From contig CM106586.1 of the NCBI GenBank assembly GCA_048013815.1, positions 14,880,001-14,944,000 of the forward strand: a stretch of 64,000 nt of DNA, read 5' to 3'. Every line of letters begins with the position of its first letter. Within the stretch, counting starts at the first letter, position 1. Under the pieces are notes generated by a model that saw only the letters and a program-made list of their open reading frames with translations, did no database searches and was not told the origin of the DNA. The position numbers and the translations under genes were made by a program. Positions 47,076-57,800 of this stretch are shown here, in pieces. Source of the DNA: Setoptus koraiensis (lineage: Eukaryota; Animalia; Arthropoda).

Positions 47076-50000
47076 TCATCTCGTGCCAAAAAGTCTATTA
47101 GTGGCCACGATTCGACGCCACACAGGCCGGCTTACGCAACCAATCAACAGGCCCAGCATGGCGAACAAGAGCAATATGACCAACAATTTCAGTTGCCTAC
47201 CCATCATGCCGTCATCATCATCAAGCTGTTGTTGTTGTTGTTTGTCGCTGGCTGTTTGTTGCTGTTGTTTGCCGTTGGCTGTTTGTTGTTGGTCGCAACC
47301 AGCAGCCGCCCGCTGGGCCGGCCGCTCCATCACTCTGAACGATATGGGCTCCAGTTTGGTGTAAACGGACACCGGAATTTGGTTTGGGTTTTGAGTGAAC
47401 GGAAGTTGTTCGTTGAGTGCCAGGCCCAAGGTGAGCAACTTACATTGCTCTCTGTTGTGCTCGGCTCTATTGTGTTGTTGTACGTTTGATGAAACAGCGC
47501 TGTTTATGCTGCGATCTAGCTGCTCAATGAGCTCGTCGAGATTGCGCCAATGATGCGTCAAATGAAAGCGAAATATGGAATTGGACAGAGGCTTCACCTT
47601 GAGCACATAAGCCACCGTGTCGTCGTTGTCGTCAGTGTCGGGCGACAACAGGGGGCCAAGTGCCAGGCTTGCGTCATGTATGGGCCAATTGGTCACTAAT
47701 AGGCACTTGTGAGTTGACGAAGTATATGTAAATGCGTCACATTTGACGGTGGCACAATGTTGCGAACAACACTCCAAATTGGTGGCCTCTTTTTGTTGGA
47801 CATAGTCAGGGTCGTTGGCCACGCCAGGGCTCAGTGTGCGACCTCTAAACATGGTGTAAAATTGTGACGGTTTATACATGTCAATCATGGTGATGTAAAC
47901 AACTAGCGATGATCTAGTCAAATGTAAGTGTGAGCCCATTATTTCCATTGGGTGAGTGTCGCCGTCGCGCATTAAATGATTGTACAAATTGTTCCTAATG
48001 AGCCTGTCGTAATTCGGTGTGTCCATCAGTTGCTTCATGACCGCTCTGTCCAACGGATACACCAGCTCAAAATCGACCAGGTCGCTTTTGTCCGCGTGAC
48101 AGGCCTCAATGTTGAGCATTTGCTCAATGAGATCCAAATCGTCCAATATTTCATAGTCCAACAGTTTAATGTCAACGCGAGCGATGTGAGCCGCCGGCTT
48201 GCCCGCGTTCGGATACACGAAAATGGTGACGCTCGAACAGTTCCAGGCGGCCTCGGCCAGTTCCTGCGTGTGCCTGTCGAGGGGCTGCCATTTCGCGGGG
48301 CGTCCATTATCCGAGGGCGTCCATTATCCAGCGTCATCGGCAATTGACAGATTCGATAATCCCATGATTGGGGTGGGTAGATCGGATAATCGGCAGTTGG
48401 CATATTCGATAATTAGTAACTGTTGTCAACGGCGCTCGTGATTCACGACAGTTGTCAACTTGTCAAGCCACTCGCAAATTCGGAACAAGTGGCTCCAAAT
48501 ACTAGGTATCTAGACTCACCTTGGCCACGCGCCGCTTTATCACCACGGGCTGGTGGGGCTGGCCGTTGTACTGGAGCGTCGTTTTGAGCTCAAACTCGCT
48601 GTAGTACATCCGCTGTTCGTTGTGATAGTACTCGGCCGCCTTCTTGAAGCCCTTCACCTTGCCAAACAGAGTGTCCATGCCCACGAGCACGAACGTTTGC
48701 TTGTCTGAGCTGGCCAACTCCAGCAATTTTGGATCTACGTTCAGGCGCACCGCGCTCTCTAAGCACTGGCCAGTGTGCAGATCTATCTGATACTTGCGCC
48801 CCAATTCGTAGTCGTATATCTCCTTGTAGCGCCTCTGCCAGCTGAGCGTCTTGAGCCCGCTGGTGCCGTTGATGAGCTGGCCCCTTTCCGACATGTCACG
48901 CTTGTTGAGCACGCGCAGAGACCAGTCCGAGTTGCTGGACACTGTTACATTGGACATCATTACATTATTATGTGATTATTGGTTGATTGGTTTGAATTGA
49001 GGCGCGAAGTAGGCGGCCCGCATCGAGCGATACTTACTCTTGACCAGCGTCATGGACTGCACCGAGGTGACGCTGGGCGCCCCGTCCGGCCCTCGGCTCG
49101 CCTGTGTGAAGGCCACCTCCAGGTCGATGGCCAGATGCTGGAAGGCGATGAGCCACTTTGACAGCAGCACCGACTGGCTGAGGTTGTCCGACAATTTCGA
49201 GGTCTCGGGCAACAGGTCGTTGCAGTTGTGCCCGTCGGGCAACTGCAGTCGGCCCGTCATGTCGTCCGCGGTGAGCGAGTGCGTGCCACTCTTGTACACG
49301 CTAACAGTGGCTTGCGGCAACGCGGCCAACCGTCTCACCTTGATCATGGCCAGCGGGGCCGCATTTCCGAAAAGGCGCTGATTGGCGCCACTTGCGGCCG
49401 CCGTCTTGAAATACAAACTGTAGTCTATGTTGAGCTTGGCATCGACGACGCGCCACTCCTCGTACCCGAACTGGTGCGTTAGCAGACTGGCCTGTTGGCG
49501 CTCGAAATGCTGCCAATTGTGGCTGCGCTTGGCGTCAAACTCCAGCACGTTGGCCAATTTGTCCATTTTGGTTTTTTTGCTCGTCCGTTCCGCGAACAGC
49601 CACAACCAGCCCAGGCCAAACGTTCCGTAAGACGGCGCCTCCGAACCCTCGCCGGGCCGGCTCGCCAGAACGGCCGCCACCAGTTTGGCCAGGGGCTCCT
49701 CCTCGTTTCTGGGTGTCGAGCTGGCGTTTGTGAGCTCGTCGGCGCCAAAATTGTCCACAAACAACTGGCTAAATTTGTAATAGGATTGTACGCGATCGCT
49801 CAGCCGGACGCAGCCACTCACGGACGACACCTCGTACGAGTCTAGCGAGTTTTGCAAGTTGTGGAAGCTGCTCGTGAGCTGCTGGCCGGCGCTGCTCGCG
49901 CCCGTCCATTGGTCGACGCGAATCCGCTCGACGTTCTTGTCCAGCGAGCCGAACTCGTCCACGGTGTAGCGTGACACAGGCCCTGGCCCGTCGCTGCCCG

Positions 50001-53000
50001 TCCCGTCCGGTTCTAGCTCGATCACCTCGCCCTTGAGCCGATAGCTCGCGTTGATCGTGCTCAGAACGAACATCCAGAAGCTGGGCATGTTGCGCGCTTG
50101 CCCGGTGGGCCCGTCGCTGTCCGGTGGCCCGGAGTGGGGACTGGTCGTCGGGGCGGGTTCGTCGGTTTGGGTGGGTTCGTTGGTTTGGGCGCACTCGCGC
50201 GGCAGTTGCCACAGTTGGTCACCGGGCGCGATCGCTTCGGGCTGGCCCACCCGAAACAGTTTCACCTGTATGACGAGCGCCGACTTTGCGAAGTTGAGGC
50301 CCTCGCCGTACTTGACGATCTTGATGGCGCGCAGTGGCAAGTTGTTGTTGTTGGCGCTCGGCCCGGTGGCCGGCTCAGCGGCGCCTCCCTCGAAATACAA
50401 GTGAACGCTGTACTGCCGCTCGGGAGCGGCGTCGTCGTCGAAGATCCACTGGTCGTAGGCGCCCAGTTCGCCGTTGCTCAGCCAGTGCAGCCGCTCGGCG
50501 GGCCCCACATCCGGTTGACGGGATCGCGGGTCGCCGCGGTGGCTCGCAAGTTTGTGCGGGCCGCTCCGGTCGCCGGTGGCGCCCGGCACAAACCTCAGTC
50601 TGTTGAGCCGGTTGTGGTTGTTGGCCCGGAACCACAGTCCACCGATGCCCATGAGCGCCACGCGTTGCCTGGTGTCGTTCGTTTGCGTAATCTCGTACGA
50701 GAACCACATCTCGTCGATGAAATTCTCAATTTTGTCCACCTGATAGCACTGGCCCCCCTGCACAAAATACGACCTGTCCGTTCGTCCGTCCACAAAATAC
50801 TCGACTCGGTCGCGATCGCCCACGTGACTCTTCAGCAGGCTGGTGCGCCGGGTCAGCGACACGAATTCCTCGTACTCGATGGGCTCGCCGACGCTCTGCA
50901 CGTGCCACTCTTGACCGCTATGCTTGGCACTTGTGCGACTGCTGTCAAATTGTTGCTGCTTCCGGTAAAAGTCGCCGTCAACGTCGCCGCTGTCCGCGCT
51001 GTTGCCGTCCACGAACGTACTGTGACCCTGAACGCTGTACTTGGCATAGTAGCTGGCGCCCCAGCTCAACAGGTAATCCGCTAACTGGGGCATTACCGCC
51101 GTTGCGTGCTGCTGATGGGGGTGCGTTGCCGGCTTGCAGTTGTTGGGCAATTGCAGGTGATCCATACGATCCAAATACGGCTGATAACGCAGAATTCGTG
51201 CCGCCATGCCCACATACCGAGAATTGTTGTTAGCAGGCGACAGCCTGATGCTCGTCGGGTACCACAACGTTGAGGGTGCAACCTTTTTTTGACTGACCTG
51301 AACATCGCTAGCAGTAGGCGAATTGTCGCTACTGGCCACTTCCGGTTCCGGTTCGGCCGGTTGCAGCAATTGCTTCTTGAACACAACGTTTATTTTCATT
51401 GCATGGTCGCCGTCGTCGTGCACAAGCCACTCGCGCTTGTCGTCCTCGATCCTTATGAGATCTCGCTGCTGCGAGTTGGACAGGCAGGCCCACATGCCGC
51501 CCACGCCGTGCCCGAACCACTGGCCATCCTGTTGGCTGTCCAGTTTGTAGGGCATCAGCTTGAGCAGCGGGTGCATCTTGGGGCCGCCGGTCATGGGCTG
51601 GCACAGGTCTTGCGCAACATAAAAATGGTCGCCGGTGTGCCCGTCCACCACAATCGTTTGCTCTTGGCCGTGCATGCTGTACACGTACATGGCCACCTTG
51701 GTCTTGAGCGACACATACTCGTCGATGCTGACGGTCAGCTTGTCCGTCAGCTGCAGCTCGCTGTAGATCTGGTACGACTGCGTGCCCACCACGTGCGAAA
51801 ACAGATCCGGAAAGGTGCTCTCGGCCCAGCGCTCCTCACCCTGGTTGCCGCCGTCCGACACCTCCTGATCGGAATCGTCATTGTCCGTCGCTCGCCCGTC
51901 AGAGTTGTCATCATTGTTATTATCCGACGGCGGCTCGTCGGATTCGTCGAACGGCCGCCCGGAGTGGTCGAGCAAATAGTGCAGCCACTTGCGCTCGTCC
52001 TCGTCGAGGGGCGCCGCGCCCCTGGTGTCGGGCGCCTTGCTCAGCTCGCGCAACTGGTCGAAACGAGTGCTGACAAAGCTGTCCCAATCTGTGGCCGGCT
52101 CCACCATTTCGTACTTGACACGATAATTGCTGGTCGGCGACGAAAACTCCATCAGCGACAGCGGCGAGTTTACGGGGTGATCCGAGGCTTCTGCGAATTG
52201 CGGCAAATCGAGGTAATCGGTTCGTGATTGGTTCATGATCAGTTTGATATGATTATAATTGGTTCGCGGGCGGATAGTGATGGGTCGTGGTTAGTCTAGT
52301 TTTTTAACTAATTGCGTCAGTCAACTAATTAGAGATTAGTTAGATAATTAGAGACTAATTAGAGGCTCACCGTTGAAAACGAAGCGCAGCTCGTGCGCGC
52401 CAGAAACTTTCAGCAGCCACTCGCTCGGGACGGAGCCGGCATCTTGGTGCTGCTCGTGCTGCTTGTACTCCTTGTCGAGATTCTCGCTGTTGAGCCACGC
52501 GGCGCCCACGCCCTTCAGCTGGCCGGCAGGCTGGCCGGCGGGGCCCGCCAGTGCGAACGTCCAAATGTCGTCCGCATCGCTGCTGGCAGGGTCGGCATTT
52601 ACGAAGAGGTAACATTTGAATGAGGGCGACACCGCCTCTCGCACAACCACGTACTGCTGACCGCTCGCTAGGTCCCGATACAGGAGCTTGACGGGCGGGC
52701 CGGCCCGCACTTTCTCAAATGCGTCCGACGTGTGCGACTGAACGACGAACAACTGGGCCCCGTGTTTGCTTGACCAGTACTCGTCCACGAACAGTTTCTC
52801 TATCATTTGTGTCTCCAGCTTCTCGCTCGCTGAGTTGTCGGCTCGCTGATTTGTTTTTCTGGTGGTCGCAAGAACGACAAAATAGTAGCGCAAGTGATAG
52901 ACGCCCGCGTCCGACATCCGGTGGCTCAGCTTGGGATATACCATGGCGGACATGGGCGCGTGGCACAGCTTGAGCCAGTTGTTTATGTTGACCTTGCTGG

Positions 53001-54027
53001 CGTCGGCCAACCGGAAGGTGTCCGCGAACGACTGCGGCTCGCCGGCCAGCTGGTCGAAGCCGCCGTACGACAGCAGCGAGTAGCTCGAGTTGACGTGGTC
53101 CGCCGCCACCTCGACGCGCCGCAATCTCATTGCTTCGGGCGCTGCTTCGTCGCGGTCGTCGCGGTCGCCGTGGTCGGCGGCGGCCCGACTAAACGTCAGC
53201 GTCACCCGCACAAAGTTGTCCTCGCCGTACTGGTGGCTCTTGCGCTGGGGCCCGTTCGGCGACAGGCTAACGATCTTCATCGGGGCCTCGTACGACCACG
53301 AGACACTGTCGCCAGTGACACTGTCGCCGTTATTTTGTTCAGTGTCAATTTTGTTCTGTGTCAATTCGTGCTGCGTCTCCCTGGCCAGACCGTTCAGCCA
53401 CAGCGCCTCGATGCCGCTGACGCTAAACAGTTGCTGACGCTGCACGCCCAGGCCCCACGAGGCCAGCCTGTCGATTGCGTCATTTGTTTTGTGTTTGTCC
53501 GCGTCCAGGCCCAGATAGTATGGCTCGCGTTTGTTTAGTTTGTCCACCAGGCACTTGTTGTCCGTGCTGCGAATCCAATAGGCAGTGTGCGAGTGGCCGT
53601 CGATGAGCGACACCTTGTGATCGTTTGATGCCACGGCGCCCTCCACGCTCTCCTCTTTCTCAATTGTCAGATGAAACTTATCCCTCCAGCTGATCCATTC
53701 TCTCACCTGGTGCACGCGTCGCTGGGTGCGTCCGCTCGGGTTGCCGGTGTGTGTTGTGGCGCCGCCGTCCTGGGCACGAGTTGTGGTCAGTTGCGACTCG
53801 AAAAAGTGATATCGCCTCGATCCCAACAATTGCAACGGACTGGGCATGCCGGTGGCCTGCTCGTCGCTTCTGTCTCCGGTCGCTTGCTCGTCGTTTCGGC
53901 CGCTGTCCGCTCGGACGGCCACACAAACTGATAACTGAAACATAATAATGCAAACTGCCCACAAACTGACGTTAGCCGCCCCGACAGGTAGCCGACAGCG
54001 GCCACTGTTATTGGCCATTTTGTGCAT
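47076..54027 (-). CDS. Giant type I membrane protein, about 2146 aa, with six ependymin/LolA-like repeats, a PAN/apple domain and a TM. Exons 54027-52371, 52190-49038, 48941-48520, 48284 (or 48263)-47076
   Basis: Four ORFs join in frame through AACG|GTGAG..GCAG|AA, AAGA|GTAAGT..ACAG|TG and AAG|GTGAGT..CAG| (6441 nt = 2147 codons). Signal peptide ending VCVAVRA, repeated E(W/Y/F)xS...DGxT..Y.V...C and GxGxxW motifs, PAN motif ECCSQHCATVKCDAFTYTSSTHKCLL, TM LLVILLLFAMLGLLIGCV. Confidence 0.8.
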
Positions 54028-54865
54028 ATATCACTTATACAATATGAACTATTTATTATCAAATGGCGCACGCTTGTTGCTAGTAACTGTTTGTTTGCCA
54101 GTGACGCAAATGCCGAGCGCCAATGTTTTGCTGCGCTCCCGCTCACACCGTCACTTTGTTGTGACCTCGCCGTTTGTTATCGCATCCCGACAGATCTGAT
54201 TCTGACAAATCCGAGTCTGACAAATGCGATCCCGACAAAGCGATCATCTGATCCGGCGTCGCAATCAGAGCATTACGCAACCGCTGACTCGTCGCCGACG
54301 GGCTGGCAACAGCCATTTGACCAATGCCAAGCTGAGCGTTAGCGGTATTGCGATAAGTTGCGAATGTTCGTCGGATCGCCGGATCGTTATCTTATCCGTC
54401 GCTTATCGCTACCTGTTATCTGTAACAATGTTGTGTGTGACATGGTCGACAACGAGACGGTTGCTGTCCGCGTTGATCAGCTGAGTGTCCGACGCCGGTC
54501 TCGTCGGTTTGTAGATGCCGACAAACTGACAGCGAGTCGCAACCATCGCTCCAGTTAAACGCTGGCTCGGTCACGCCGCTGTCACGCGGGCCCTATCGCA
54601 GCCTGCGATCTGGCCAACGGTTGCGAACAGTCTGCAACAGGCGACGGTGACAGTTAGCGGCGACAGGTGACGGCAACAGCTAGTGGCGACAGGTGGCGAC
54701 AGGTGGCGACAGGTGAAGGCACCAGCTAGTGGCGACATGACAGCGAAAATCAACGGTGTAAACATTTATTGCTATGGCTATTTTATTGAACGAGAATTTA
54801 ACAATACGGAATCAACAGTTCAGTTGTACAATTATATTGACGCTTGTCTTGCAATGTAAAAGTGA

Positions 54866-57800
54866 TTAGGGCGCTGAGCGTTTCATCCGGCGCGCAAAGG
54901 TAAGAAACACATCCTCGAGGCTGGTATCGCTAATGAGATAGCTGAAATTGACTGCGGGCAGTGCGGCCTCGCGTTCCGCTTCCATCCATTCGAACAACTG
55001 CGAGCGCGTGATGAGGTCGTCGGTGACGCGATATACAACCGAATAAATGTTGACATAATCCAGCGATATTGATGATGATCTTGCCATTAAGTTGTGCGTC
55101 AATTGTTGCTGCAAATCGGCCATTAGCTTGTGGGCGCCAGTTGTTGTGTGCAGATCGTCGCCGTCGGACACGAACGACGCGTTTACGTGACCCAACAATG
55201 AAGGTGACGACGACGAAGTCGACGAGGGCGATGACGACGTTAGCGTTGCCGTGCCCACCGAGGCCTGCTCGTCGCTTTTGAGATATCCGGAACTGAAAGT
55301 TGATGAGGCAGCCGACGAGCAGTCGAACTGGACGCGGATCAGGTAGCCCTGGCTGTACTTTTTGCGCAATTGCTGGAAGGTGCCCAGGCAGTAGAGGCGC
55401 CCGTTGGCCATGAGCGCTATTCGGTCGCAAATTGCCTCGCATTCTTCCATGGCGTGCGACGATATCACAATGGAACAATTGTGACGCTGCTTACAATTGA
55501 CAATGCACTGCCATATGCTGCGACGCGACAACGGGTCCACGCCGGAAGTGGGCTCGTCCAGCAGTAGCACGGGCGGCACACAGATCATGGCCAGAGCGAG
55601 GCTCAATTTTCGTTTTGTTCCGCCGGACAGTTCGCTCATCCGTTTGTTCGCGTGCTCTTGCATGTCAAAGACGCTCAGCAGCGCCTGCACCGCTTGCTCT
55701 ACATCGCGGCCCGCCGCCATGCCCCGTATCAAGGCCATATGACGCAATGTCTGCCGACAGGTGAGATTGTACAGGGTAACGCTGGATTGGGGATCGTAGC
55801 CAAGCTGCTTGCGATACGAGTCGCGTTGTCGGTGCGCACAGTGGCCCAAACAAACCAAACGACCGCCCGCATCGGGCCGGATCTTGGTGCTGATCATGGC
55901 GAATGTGGTGGATTTGCCCGCACCGTTCACGCCCAGCAGCCCGAAACATTCGGCCTCGTTGAGGGCCACGCTGAGACTGTCCACGGCCAGTAGGCGCTTG
56001 TAGCTTTTGCTCAGATTGAGCGCCACCAGTGGCACCGCATGACCGGCGGCGGTGTCACCGGCTCCCTTCAGCTGGGCGGAATTGTTGAATTGGGTTGAAC
56101 TGAATTGGCTTGAATTGAATTGGCTTGAATTGAATTGGGGCGGCCCGTTTATGCTGCAGCACGCGGCGCTGACACTGCCGCTGTTGCTGTCACTGCAATG
56201 GGTCGCAGCGCCCTGTTCGGTGGCCGGCACAAACACCGGGGCCAGCCCGACGCACTGGCCGGCCCGCGTGCGCTCCCGCTCCACGCTGGCGTCCACCACC
56301 AGCAGAGTGTCGCCCTTGGAGGTCCCGGCCAGCGAGTCTGTGTCGTCCATCGAGGTCTCGGCCCACTTGGCCGGCTGCTGCAGCGGCTGGGGGGCACGCT
56401 GGCGGGGCCTCCGGCTAGGGCCTTGCGTAATGTCGCCCGCCGCGGTTGCGAGCGCGCCCACGCACCGCCAAAAACCGGCCAGCAGAGTGTCGCTGTTTTC
56501 GGCCGCTATCAGCAGCAGCAGCGCGGCCACGTTGTAAACAATCAAACTGTAACAATTGACCAAAATGCCACTGTTTATGTCCGTGCTGAACAGCGTGCTG
56601 GGCGTGGGCGGCGGCGGAGGCCCGCCGTTCATCGAATGCGGCCGGCCGTTTGCGACCGCCGCTGAGCAGTTGAATTTGTCAATCAAGTGCTGGAACGGCT
56701 TGCTGACTTCCTCGGCCAATTGCTGGTTGATGGCCTGCAGCGACAGGTCGTCGTGGCCGTCACTGTCGGACGACTGGTTGTCGTACGGGGCCGCCGCCTG
56801 ATACAATTTCCGGATGGCGTCCGTCACGGCAAAGCCCGGATTGAGATAGGTGGCCAGTTTGAGGTACAGCTCGTAGGCGCGCTGGCTGCTCCGGTGACAC
56901 GTCACAATGGCGCCACTTGTCACCAAAAAGGTGAGCACTTGATACATGGCCATGGCCACCAGCGCCATGGAGCCCGTCGAGAACAGGCCCGACACTGAGT
57001 AGCTGAGTAGCGCCGAACCAGACGAGAAGCCGGCTATTACGCCAACAAACGTTGCGTACACCTGGCCGTTGGTGGCGCCGCTGTGGGCCAGAGATTGCAC
57101 CGAAAAGGGCTGGGTGCGATCAAACGCGATCACGGGCACTATGTACAGCAGTCCGTTGAGCAGCATGGAGGGCACGTCGAACACGTACTGCACCAGCCAA
57201 TAGGTCACGGGCGACAATCCGGCCATTTGTTGCATAAATTTGCTTCCGTCTGACACCTTGTCCCGGTTGGACAGGTAAATGTATTGCGACACCATGAAGG
57301 GCAGCACGAAAGGCAGGCCGGTGTACAGGGTGTAACTGATGATCATTTGTTGCAGCAGCGGCAATTGGCGCATCCGAATGTGAGACACCACGATGGCCAT
57401 CATATAGGTGAGTGCCAGATAAAACAGCCGCAAGCCTACACCGGCCAGCCAGTTGTTGCGCAACAAAATGAGGTGCCGGCGCGTTGTGGCGCGCACGTGC
57501 TGCCACCACAGCGGCAGCCCGGTCAGTTTGTCGTGGGCGCTGAGCGCGAACAGGTCCATCACGTCGTCTCCGTCCATTGCCGTTGGCTTGGCGCTCTCCA
57601 GGTCGCGCCACGATGAGCCCAGTTGGCCGCTTCCGGTCACGAGCGACACGTACTGATCAGCGGTGCCGCGTGTCACTTTAAATTCTTGAATTTCCTGAGT
57701 GCTTGCAACTTTGCGCGGCTGGTGAAGCATGCTGATGTTGTTGAACACGTCCTCCATGCTGGGACAGGCTATTCCGAACGATTCGATGCCCAGCTTGTGC

